Positions 1-7,597 of a stretch of DNA of 34,005 nucleotides are shown here, piece after piece. Every line of letters starts with the position of its first letter. Positions within the stretch are counted from its first letter, which is position 1. The translations under genes and the position numbers were made by a program. Origin of the DNA: a virus (lineage: Duplodnaviria; Caudoviricetes); IMG/VR virus record IMGVR_UViG_3300025264_000051, positions 1-34,005 of that record; one strand, 5' to 3'. The notes below the pieces were generated by a model. The model did no database searches and was not told the origin of the DNA. It was given only the letters and a program-made list of their open reading frames with translations.

Positions 1-8
1 GTCATAAG

Positions 9-209
9 TTATCCCTTTTTGCGAGTTCTCCTAGCGGGGGATTTCTTTTTAACTTTCTTAACTGGGCCTACAGCAATCATTACACCTATGCCGCCTTTAC
101 CTTTAGGCTTACTTTTTTTATCTTCTATGTATGTTCCGCCGTGCATTTTGGCAGCTTTTTTTGCGTCCTTCATACCCTTTTCAGTATAGGGCCATTTTAC
201 TGTAGGCAT
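9..209 (-). CDS. small Lys-rich hypothetical protein (contains MHGG and KGKGG)
   Basis: 66-aa ORF with AGGAG RBS upstream; in operon with the neighbouring basic proteins. Confidence 0.75.
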   Translation of the reverse strand: MPTVKWPYTEKGMKDAKKAAKMHGGTYIEDKKSKPKGKGGIGVMIAVGPVKKVKKKSPARRTRKKG

Positions 210-220
210 TATTATATCTC

Positions 221-868
221 CTATTTAAATAATTTCATTTCTTTTACACTACCACCTGCAGCATACGCATGTTTCTTACCTTTATGTGAACCGCCATGCA
301 TCATTTGTGGACGTTTAATCATACCTCCTTTATTCTTAATATATTTTCTTGTATCTCTATGTTTAAATGTATCACGACCTTGTTCATTTTTTCCCATATA
401 CATGTAGTCATTTGCTGTTTTTTCAGTTAATCGTCCTTCTTTTATTGCTTTATTAAATGCATTTATAGATTCATTACGCATATTTTGTTCTGAACTACTT
501 TTTCTTTTAGGTGGTTTTCTCATAGTTCTTCGTCTTGGTACTTTGAGAACTTCTACATTTGTAGATGTAGGAGTTGGTTCTATTTTTGGTCCAGCTTTTT
601 TTATTACATCTGTAATATCTCCTGATTCTGCTTCAAGTGTTCCTACAGATTCTTCACGAGCCTTTTCAAATATGGGTCTATCCTCAATAGCTTTATTAAT
701 TTTACCAATATCTTTTCCGGTTACGACACTTTCTGGTTTTTTTCTTTCTCTAAGAATCAGTGTACGAAGTTTCTTTAGTTCTGATAAATCAAAGCTAGAA
801 GATAAATCTTCAACAGATAATTTATGAAAGAATTTCAATGCTGCTGTTATTGCTGTAGCTTTTGCCAT
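221..868 (-). CDS. basic protein with C-terminal GG-repeat tail
   Basis: 215 aa; ends KNKGGMIKRPQMMHGGSHKGKKHAYAAGGSVKEMKLFK; start overlaps the stop of the upstream gene at 868. Confidence 0.85.
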   Translation of the reverse strand: MAKATAITAALKFFHKLSVEDLSSSFDLSELKKLRTLILRERKKPESVVTGKDIGKINKAIEDRPIFEKAREESVGTLEAESGDITDVIKKAGPKIEPTPTSTNVEVLKVPRRRTMRKPPKRKSSSEQNMRNESINAFNKAIKEGRLTEKTANDYMYMGKNEQGRDTFKHRDTRKYIKNKGGMIKRPQMMHGGSHKGKKHAYAAGGSVKEMKLFK

Positions 869-1866
869 TATACTTTCCTCTTTTTAAAATTTTTAAGTTC
901 ATTAACTTTGCCCCCGGCAGAGTAATTATGTTTCTTGCCTTTATAGGCACCGCCCTTTTGCATAGACGGTCTTTTTACAGAACCGCCTTTTTTAAATGGT
1001 TCATCCTCATAACCATAAGGCTTTCTAGGTTTAGGTGATTTAGTTGGTTTAACTTTAGTACGTTCAGCCCATGCTATTGCTGCCCTATTTCTAAGATTAT
1101 CAGATACTTGAGGGGGTAGTCTTGTTCCAATACCTTCATATTTATCTTTTGCAAATTTTAATATACTATTAGTATATTCCTCTAATGATTTCATTTTTGA
1201 AATATCAACTGCGCTAGAAAATCTAGGCCATCTCCCTGCCTCTCTCATCTTATCGTCCCCAGATAATTTTGGTTTACCTCTTTGTTTTAAAAGACCAACA
1301 ATATCTTCTCTAGCAATTTTATTAAAAGATTTTAATGCTGCTGTGGTCGCCGCCGCCTTCGCTTCTTCTGTAGGTTTTTTAGTTTCTTTAAAGCGTTTAG
1401 TTGTTGCAGTATACGGAGTTTTACCCGCTGACAATTTTTGCCAGTATTCTTTTCCTCTTTTTATGACCTCTCGTAATTCAGCATCAGAAAAATCTTCATC
1501 TACTGCTTGTCGTTTAAGGTCTGCCACAAAATCCTTTCTTTTGATAGGATTTTTTCTAAATGCTGTTATAGCAGCCGATCCAGTTTTTCCATCAAAAAGA
1601 AAATCACCAGAGCCTATATCTAAAACTGGTCTTGGTACTCTTGGTAGTTCTGTAACTCTGGCAGGTTTTTTAGGTAATGGTTTTCCTGAAGATTTTATTT
1701 TTCTAATATCTTCTAACTTCTTTATATCTGCTGGTGAGGCATCAAGCTTTTTTGCACTATTAATTAAACTATTTAGTTTCTTTACTGTTACACTAATAGC
1801 CGCCTCTGCGATAGGTAAGCTTAATAGCTCTTCAATAGCCGCTGCTATCCATTTTATTTTACTCAT
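868..1866 (-). CDS. basic protein with C-terminal GG-repeat tail; paralog of 1881-2498
   Basis: 332 aa; shares ELLSLPIAEAAI and GKTGSAAIxAFRKNP with 1881-2498; ends FKKGGSVKRPSMQKGGAYKGKKHNYSAGGKV... Confidence 0.85.
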   Translation of the reverse strand: MSKIKWIAAAIEELLSLPIAEAAISVTVKKLNSLINSAKKLDASPADIKKLEDIRKIKSSGKPLPKKPARVTELPRVPRPVLDIGSGDFLFDGKTGSAAITAFRKNPIKRKDFVADLKRQAVDEDFSDAELREVIKRGKEYWQKLSAGKTPYTATTKRFKETKKPTEEAKAAATTAALKSFNKIAREDIVGLLKQRGKPKLSGDDKMREAGRWPRFSSAVDISKMKSLEEYTNSILKFAKDKYEGIGTRLPPQVSDNLRNRAAIAWAERTKVKPTKSPKPRKPYGYEDEPFKKGGSVKRPSMQKGGAYKGKKHNYSAGGKVNELKNFKKRKV

Positions 1867-1880
1867 AATATTTACACCTT

Positions 1881-2498
1881 TTAAAAATTAAGCTTATTGA
1901 CTTTGCCACCTGCAGAATAGGAATGTTTCTTACCTTTATAGGCACCGCCCTTTTGCATAGTAGGCTTCTTGGGTTTAGATGGTTTTTGTTTAAACGCTTT
2001 ACTTGGCACGGTAGAAGGATTTGCAGCTTTGTATAAATTTTTCCAATATTTATCTGCTAATCCTTCAATTTGTTCTATTCCAGATTCCCTTGCTGCATGT
2101 GATAGGTTTTCTAATGCATCTAATTTTTCTATTGCTTGTTCTCTAATTTGATCTAAAAACTTATCCCTACTCATAGGATTTTTTCTAAATGCCTTTATAG
2201 CAGCCGATCCAGTTTTTCCTTTATAACTAAACTCACCATGTCCCAAGCCTCTTGGTATGGGTGTTAATTTTGTAATTTTATCAGTTCCTTTAGGGGTATC
2301 TTTTCCTAAAGCAGGTTGTTGCCTTCTTTTTTTAATTAGTTCTAACTTCTTTACATCTATTTGGCCGAACCTTTTATCTAAAGTTGCCCAAGTAATAAGA
2401 GTATCTAATTTCTTTTCTGACATACGTATAGCAGCTTCTGCAATAGGCAAACTTAATAGCTCTCTAATAAGTGCTTCTATACCGCTTATTTTTCCCAC
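1881..2498 (-). CDS. basic protein with C-terminal GG-repeat tail; paralog of 868-1866
   Basis: 205 aa, GTG start; ends MQKGGAYKGKKHSYSAGGKVNKLNF. Confidence 0.8.
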   Translation of the reverse strand: MGKISGIEALIRELLSLPIAEAAIRMSEKKLDTLITWATLDKRFGQIDVKKLELIKKRRQQPALGKDTPKGTDKITKLTPIPRGLGHGEFSYKGKTGSAAIKAFRKNPMSRDKFLDQIREQAIEKLDALENLSHAARESGIEQIEGLADKYWKNLYKAANPSTVPSKAFKQKPSKPKKPTMQKGGAYKGKKHSYSAGGKVNKLNF

Positions 2499-2513
2499 AG
2501 CATTTACTATCCT

Positions 2514-3053
2514 TTAAAAATTAAGCTTAGTTACTTTACCACCTGCAGAATAGGAATGTTTCTTACCTTTGTATGCTCCACCCTGCATCATTTGTGGACG
2601 TTTAACCATACCTCCCTTTGCTCTAGGTTTTTTTTCTTTTTTCTGGGCAATAGTTTCATATGGTCCTTTTTTCAATGGCTTAGGTTGGTATTTTGCTCCT
2701 GCTAAACGCTGTTGTTTTGTAACGTCTTGTTTATGTTTTTGCGCCCCTTCTTTAAATGCCTGAACAAAACTATCCATTTGTTCCTTGGTCATATCTACAC
2801 TATCACGATCTGGAGAATCATGAATCCAAGATAAGTATGGATTATCGTCATCTCGTATACCATGTCTTTGGGCTACAGAATCCATTTCTTTTCTAATATT
2901 TTTATCTATATCATCTACTTGTTTCATGAGCGCCCTATATTCAGGATCAGCCTTATATTTAGCCGCTGGATCGCCTTTTATTAACTTTGAAATTTTATCT
3001 TTAATTGTATTTGCATTTTTAATTAAAGTTCTTATGAGTGTTATTTTTGCCAT
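2514..3053 (-). CDS. basic protein with C-terminal GG-repeat tail
   Basis: 179 aa; ends RAKGGMVKRPQMMQGGAYKGKKHSYSAGGKVTKLNF. Confidence 0.85.
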   Translation of the reverse strand: MAKITLIRTLIKNANTIKDKISKLIKGDPAAKYKADPEYRALMKQVDDIDKNIRKEMDSVAQRHGIRDDDNPYLSWIHDSPDRDSVDMTKEQMDSFVQAFKEGAQKHKQDVTKQQRLAGAKYQPKPLKKGPYETIAQKKEKKPRAKGGMVKRPQMMQGGAYKGKKHSYSAGGKVTKLNF

Positions 3054-3057
3054 AATA

Positions 3058-3675
3058 TCATTTCTTTCTTTTTCTGGATTTTTTATAGCCGCCCTTATTA
3101 TAAGAAAGGGTTACTAGTTTTGTAAAAAGATCAACAGCATCAGGCCCATACTTTTTTGCTAGCTTTGCTACATCTTTAACTTCTTGATCCATATAGGTAG
3201 CTGCCATAATTTGCCCTCCTATTGTTTTAGTACCTGCTTGCTTTGGAACCTTAACTTCTGTTTTTTTACCTTGGATTTTCATTCTCTTTGTTCCAGGCGC
3301 TTTAGCAGCTTCCATCGTAGTTTTTTGTAATTGTTTATATACTCTATTTAATTTTTTTAGAGCAGTCGGAGCAATCTTTTGTGCTCCTCTTGCTAGAGTT
3401 ACACCTGTTGTACCAAATATAAGAGAAGGCAATAGAGTAGCAGCAGCGACACCAGATATTCCTAATGCAGCAGCAATCATTTCTTTCTTTTCTTTTTTAG
3501 TTATACCCCTTCTTTTAGAAACTGTACGTGCTTGTTCTGTTTCAGCACTGAATCCTTTTTTTGCTTGTTGTGTTGCTCTGTGGGGCCACATCTCTGCTCT
3601 AGTTTTAGATGTTTTAGAAACAGGAGTAGTAGTTGATACTCTTCCCAGTTTCTTTTTTTCTGCTATTTGAGTCAT
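3058..3675 (-). CDS. basic protein with a hydrophobic segment and a short GG tail
   Basis: 205 aa; hydrophobic IAAALGISGVAAATLLPSLIFG; ends SYNKGGYKKSRKRKK. Confidence 0.8.
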   Translation of the reverse strand: MTQIAEKKKLGRVSTTTPVSKTSKTRAEMWPHRATQQAKKGFSAETEQARTVSKRRGITKKEKKEMIAAALGISGVAAATLLPSLIFGTTGVTLARGAQKIAPTALKKLNRVYKQLQKTTMEAAKAPGTKRMKIQGKKTEVKVPKQAGTKTIGGQIMAATYMDQEVKDVAKLAKKYGPDAVDLFTKLVTLSYNKGGYKKSRKRKK

Positions 3676-4565
3676 TACTTTTTCTTTTTTCTAAAATGGG
3701 AGATATCAGATACAGAACCACCTCCTGCATATACATGTTCTTTAGAACCAAGTTTACTGCGACCTTGAAATTTTTTATAGCCGCCCTTATTAAAGCCAGA
3801 AGACTTAACCTGAAAACCAGCAGCTTCAAAAGCTTTTTCCATATCGGCTTTAGATACTCTTTCTCCTGCCTGATCTTGAATAGTATCTTCAAGTTCAGAT
3901 TTTGTTAACTTACCGCCCATCATATCTTGAACTTGCTGCCTAGTCAAATGAACATCTCTTCCTAATGCAGCTTCAATTCGTTCATGTAAGGGCATATCCC
4001 GTTTAGGTATATCTCCTTCAATTTTTGATTTAGGTGCTTGTCTTCCACCAGGATAAGAATATCTCTTTAGGCCCTTTGCTAGTTTTTTCATGGAAGCCTC
4101 TGTATTTTCATCCCACAATTTTTGTCCTTCAGGAGTAAGATCTCTTTGTCTTGCTCCTCCACTACCCCCTAAACTCTGTTGAATATCCCTTTTTAATTGC
4201 TTTTTAGCTTCTCTGTTTTTTCTGGCTTCTGTTTGTTTAGGAGTTAATTTTCTACCACTAGTTTTAGCGGCCATTTCTTTATATTCTTTTATTCGTTTAG
4301 CTTGTGCTGGAGTAGGGGTATAGTCTTTTCCTTTTTCTTTTTTTGGCACACCTTCTGCTTTACTTTTACTTTTTGTTCCGCTTTTTAATTTACCTAACTG
4401 ACTATTAATTTCAGTTAATTTCTTTTTTCTGGGATCAGTTAACTTGCCAGCCTTCTCATATCCTAGAAGTTTGTCAAGTTCTTTAGTAAGCCACTTTACA
4501 TATCTGCCTAAATCTAGGCCAGTTAATTTTAGTGCCTCTTCTATAGTTTTTATTTTTCGTGCCAT
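3675..4565 (-). CDS. basic protein with a variant GG tail
   Basis: 296 aa; ends GFNKGGYKKFQGRSKLGSKEHVYAGGGSVSDISHFRKKKK. Confidence 0.85.
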   Translation of the reverse strand: MARKIKTIEEALKLTGLDLGRYVKWLTKELDKLLGYEKAGKLTDPRKKKLTEINSQLGKLKSGTKSKSKAEGVPKKEKGKDYTPTPAQAKRIKEYKEMAAKTSGRKLTPKQTEARKNREAKKQLKRDIQQSLGGSGGARQRDLTPEGQKLWDENTEASMKKLAKGLKRYSYPGGRQAPKSKIEGDIPKRDMPLHERIEAALGRDVHLTRQQVQDMMGGKLTKSELEDTIQDQAGERVSKADMEKAFEAAGFQVKSSGFNKGGYKKFQGRSKLGSKEHVYAGGGSVSDISHFRKKKK

Positions 4566-4577
4566 TGTACTTGTTCC

Positions 4578-4703
4578 CTATACATCCATAGTTTCTTGTT
4601 CTTCATTACTAGAATGACAGCCACAAGCACATACAACTTCCAAACAATTATTGCCTACACAAAGACAATCTTCGCAGGTACAATTATCACAGTCACAACT
4701 CAT
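4578..4703 (-). CDS. metallothionein-like Cys-rich peptide (41 aa; not in the ORF track)
   Basis: Hand translation MSCDCDNCTCEDCLCVGNNCLEVVCACGCHSSNEEQETMDV; 10 Cys with several CxC motifs; AAGGAG RBS 7 nt upstream of the ATG. Confidence 0.75.
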   Translation of the reverse strand: MSCDCDNCTCEDCLCVGNNCLEVVCACGCHSSNEEQETMDV

Positions 4704-4725
4704 TTTATTTCTCCTTAAAAATAAA

Positions 4726-4782
4726 AAGCAGAAGCTAATAAATCCCTCTACACAGTCTATGGATTTTTGCTGCTTTCTGCTT
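4726..4782. other. imperfect intergenic stem-loop
   Basis: AAGCAGAAG...AAATCC / GGATTT...CTTTCTGCTT nested inverted repeat between two minus-strand genes. Confidence 0.4.
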
Positions 4783-4787
4783 CTACA

Positions 4788-4919
4788 TTAATTGACCTTA
4801 TGATAAAGCCAATATTCTAATTTTTTTAATTGAGCATGTATAAATGCTACGGGGAACAACGACCATTTAACAAGTTTTAATGGTACATAGGATACAACCT
4901 TGACAACTTTTTTCATCAT
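4788..4919 (-). CDS. small hypothetical protein (43 aa, MMKKVVKVVSYVPLKLVKW...)
   Basis: 3' part of ORF 4788-4982; GGAG RBS upstream of the ATG at 4919. Confidence 0.55.
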   Translation of the reverse strand: MMKKVVKVVSYVPLKLVKWSLFPVAFIHAQLKKLEYWLYHKVN

Positions 4920-4984
4920 AGTTTTTTCTCCATAAAATTTATTTTCGTATTCAAGCAACCTGACATACAACATTCCAATCATAA

Positions 4985-5188
4985 CTAATCCTTATCCCAA
5001 CCTTCTGCTTTCAGTGCGTTATATACATGTTCATAAGTATAATTGGTCCCTGTCGCCTGTCTTATGGCGGCACGAACATATACAACTTCATGATGGGGAA
5101 GACGAATGCGTTCTTCATAATTCATTATACTACGATAGAACATTTCCAAAGTTAGATCGTTATACCATTTTAACTGATTTTTCTGCAT
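4985..5188 (-). CDS. hypothetical phage protein
   Basis: ORF in operon orientation (FYRS...PHHEVVYVRAAIRQATG...ALKAEGW); start uncertain. Confidence 0.65.
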   Translation of the reverse strand: MQKNQLKWYNDLTLEMFYRSIMNYEERIRLPHHEVVYVRAAIRQATGTNYTYEHVYNALKAEGWDKD

Positions 5189-5202
5189 TGTCAAGTAAAA
5201 AA

Positions 5203-5586
5203 TTACACTAAATTATTTAATTTAGGAGGTACGTAGTTTTTAGATTTAATTACTTTGCCATCTTTGTTATATACAGGATTTCCTTCATCGTCAAGCTTAG
5301 ACATATTAGATGCATGTACACGATTAAATGCCGTATCAAAATCCCAACCATATGTAGTCGCCATACCTACACATACATAAACTAAATCACACAACTCTTT
5401 AAGAACCTTGTCAGCTTTTTTAGTTGCAATTGCTTCTATCACTTCGTTATATTCTTCTTCGATTAACTTACGCCTGAGAAGAAGATTCTTATCTACAGAA
5501 TTTAATGGTGGGTAATTTATATCTACAGGATGTTCAAAAGTACTATGAAAACTATTTAATTTATTTGATACAGATTCACATCTCAT
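5203..5586 (-). CDS. MazG-like / PRA-PH-like NTP pyrophosphohydrolase
   Basis: LIEEEYNE...KELCDLVYV...FNRVHASNMSK...DGKVIKS motifs typical of this family. Confidence 0.88.
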   Translation of the reverse strand: MRCESVSNKLNSFHSTFEHPVDINYPPLNSVDKNLLLRRKLIEEEYNEVIEAIATKKADKVLKELCDLVYVCVGMATTYGWDFDTAFNRVHASNMSKLDDEGNPVYNKDGKVIKSKNYVPPKLNNLV

Positions 5587-5693
5587 TACTCTTCCTTTCT
5601 ATACATAGGCTTATGTTGTATAGGCTTATGTTCTTTTTAGTATAGCTCTTATATTGTCTATGTTACATATGCCTATGTGTATTACTAATACAC

Positions 5694-5722
5694 ATTATAC
5701 TCGATTTAGTTACCCTTGTCAA
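5694..5722 (-). promoter_or_regulatory. sigma70-type promoter driving the leftward operon
   Basis: Minus strand reads TTGACA-17 nt-TATAAT (perfect consensus). Confidence 0.8.
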
Positions 5723-5830
5723 GTAAAAAATTAAAAAAACTATGAAATAAAATAGGGTGCCTTATGTGTGGTGCCGTGTCAGTTGTAGATGTGGTTAACA
5801 ACTCATTTTCCTGATCTGTTGTAACCCGTG

Positions 5831-5870
5831 TATATAATATCCCTACGTAGGGGGGTGGCCCCCACGCCCC
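5831..5870. other. palindrome plus G/C-run motif in the divergent intergenic region (possible terminus/packaging/origin signal)
   Basis: TATATAATAT-CCCTACGTAGGG-GGGTGGCCCCCACGCCCC in an otherwise AT-rich noncoding region; function inferred. Confidence 0.35.
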
Positions 5871-6113
5871 ATAATAAATCTTTTGACAAAAGTCTTTGCA
5901 GAGGCTTTGTCTTGAGAGAAGCCAGCGAAAAATTTCGTTACCTTAGAATAACTTAGCTCTTATTTATAAGAGCTTAGTTCTTCTTAGAGGATTCTGGCTG
6001 CTGGGATCGGCAAACTGATCCACTGTCAGCACCTCTTGACTAATGCTTTTGTAAAGGCTTTGTCATAGACCAAAGACATTGGTTGGCGACAGAGCACCCC
6101 TCAAAACCGAAAC

Positions 6114-6158
6114 CTATATCCCCTAACCCCTATACTTGTATAGGGTTAGGGGTTATAG
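6114..6158. repeat. family-A hairpin repeat, copy 1
   Basis: CTATATCCCCTAACCCCTATAC-TT-GTATAGGGTTAGGGGTTATAG. Confidence 0.92.
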
Positions 6159-6194
6159 ACTAACCGAAACCAACCAGCCATGAGGAGAATACAA

Positions 6195-6437
6195 ATGGCA
6201 CATACTCAAAAAATCTATGCTTTGATCAAAGATGGTCGGACGAAGTCCGGTTACAAAGTGGAGCAGAGCTTCAAGAATAGGGAAGCTAACTCTGAAAAAG
6301 GTCAAAGAACTTTTGCAGAGCTTTGGTCTTTGAAGAACTCTGTGGCGATGTTTGCCAAGTGGTCAACCGGCAAGACTTACTTTATCAAAGGTGAGATGCC
6401 TGCTGACCTCAAAGAATACTTGGCTTCAAGCAAGTAA
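6195..6437 (+). CDS. hypothetical early protein
   Basis: ORF 6180-6437 with start moved to the ATG at 6195 after the GAGGAG RBS. Confidence 0.75.
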   Translation: MAHTQKIYALIKDGRTKSGYKVEQSFKNREANSEKGQRTFAELWSLKNSVAMFAKWSTGKTYFIKGEMPADLKEYLASSK

Positions 6438-6439
6438 TT

Positions 6440-6524
<85 letters not shown>

Positions 6525-6565
6525 TCTTTTGTTTATTATCGTGCAACCTTAAATCGGAGGAAAAT

Positions 6566-6718
6566 TTGGACGAAATTGTTATCACTTATCCTACAGAGGA
6601 TAATATAAATACTTTTGATTGGGAAACAATCCATAGTATTTCCGATAACTTTAAAAAGCTTGATTTTGTTGAGCTTCTTATTGTTCGTTCCCGTTTAAAT
6701 AAAATCATAGATGGCTAG
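6566..6718 (+). CDS. small hypothetical protein (50 aa, TTG start)
   Basis: Hand translation MDEIVITYPTEDNINTFDWETIHSISDNFKKLDFVELLIVRSRLNKIIDG; GGAGG RBS upstream. Confidence 0.5.
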   Translation: MDEIVITYPTEDNINTFDWETIHSISDNFKKLDFVELLIVRSRLNKIIDG

Positions 6719-6737
6719 GAGGAGCCATTCACCAAAC

Positions 6738-6780
6738 CTATATCCCCTGACCCTGAAGAATGAAGGGTCAGGGGATATAG
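6738..6780. repeat. family-A hairpin repeat, copy 2 (inner stem replaced)
   Basis: CTATATCCCCTGACCCT-GAAGAATGA-AGGGTCAGGGGATATAG, perfect 17-bp stem. Confidence 0.9.
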
Positions 6781-6816
6781 ACTGACCAAAACCAACCAGC
6801 CATGAGGAGAATACAA

Positions 6817-7011
6817 ATGGCACTGGGTATCGAAGAAGTTGTTGTAAATATAAATAATCAAGACAAAAGGTACTATGTCTTGACAGAGGACGGCCTGGAA
6901 GTAACCGATATGGGTTACTTTGAGGACTATGAAGATGTCAAAGATGCGGCAGAAATTCATAGTCTTGGCTTGCTGCAACTAACCGGGGAAAATTTATTCC
7001 CTATAAAGTAA
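6817..7011 (+). CDS. small acidic hypothetical protein
   Basis: ORF 6802-7011 with start moved to the ATG at 6817 after the GAGGAG RBS. Confidence 0.7.
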   Translation: MALGIEEVVVNINNQDKRYYVLTEDGLEVTDMGYFEDYEDVKDAAEIHSLGLLQLTGENLFPIK

Positions 7012-7068
7012 ATTGCTTTGGCCCTTGATTTATATATAAATTGGGGGCCTTAGCTATTTACTTTGTAT
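7002..7068 (+). repeat. family-B long imperfect hairpin, copy 1 (RNase III-site-like)
   Basis: AAAGTAAATTGCTTTGGCCCTTGATTTATA/TATAAATTGGGGGCCTTAGCTATTTACTTT; internal loop and G-U pairs. Confidence 0.7.
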
Positions 7069-7097
7069 AACCCAGCCAACGAAAGGAAGAAAATCTA

Positions 7098-7493
7098 ATG
7101 CCTAATATTATTAGACAAACTGGAATTATAATGGACTTGCCTAATGGCCTGACCATTTCCATTAATTATGGTAACTATAGGTCTGCTGATGGTGTTGCCA
7201 AAAAAGCTGACATAGCTTGCTATATTCAAGATGCCGATGGTTTGGTAGGCCGTTGGATGACACCTGTTGTTTGGTCTAAAGAAAATGTTGTTAGATGTCG
7301 TGACCAATTCAGTGGTGGTGACTCAATTTTTGCTTACTCTGAAAGGAATTGGGTTGATACACCGTCCGAAATTTATGGTGTATATTTATCTGACCTTGGT
7401 TCTTTGATTGATATAGCGGTTCGCTTCGGTGATGGACGCTTTCTAGATGATTATGCTCTTGAAGTATCCAAGGCTTGGAAAAAAAGATGCTAA
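7098..7493 (+). CDS. hypothetical early protein
   Basis: 131-aa ORF with AAGGA RBS. Confidence 0.75.
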   Translation: MPNIIRQTGIIMDLPNGLTISINYGNYRSADGVAKKADIACYIQDADGLVGRWMTPVVWSKENVVRCRDQFSGGDSIFAYSERNWVDTPSEIYGVYLSDLGSLIDIAVRFGDGRFLDDYALEVSKAWKKRC

Positions 7494-7559
7494 AGAGTTA
7501 ATTGCTTTGGCCTCTGATTTATAAATATAAATTAGAGGTCTTAGCTATTTACTTTGTAG
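7490..7559 (+). repeat. family-B long imperfect hairpin, copy 2
   Basis: AATTGCTTTGGCCTCTGATTTATA...TATAAATTAGAGGTCTTAGCTATTTACTTTGTA; homologous to 7002-7068 with compensatory changes. Confidence 0.7.
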
Positions 7560-7597
7560 TGTGAGTACAACTTAACCCCTTAAAGGAGGGAAAATCT

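Noticed and set aside
141-3908. Plus-strand ORFs opposite the basic-protein array, with repeated PPCIICGRL and hydrophobic content
   Set aside because: These are antisense shadows of Lys-rich genes and their repeated tails, with no independent RBS or operon logic.
5167-5194. Second leftward promoter (TTGACA-16-TAAAAT) sharing TGTCAAGTAAAAAATTA with 5717-5733
   Set aside because: Plausible, but it overlaps the uncertain start of ORF 4985-5188 and has a weaker -10, so it is not listed as a feature.
6748-6800. Hammerhead ribozyme (CTGAAGA in the copy 2 loop)
   Set aside because: No correctly placed stem II, GAAA or NUH elements, and the motif is absent from the other copies.
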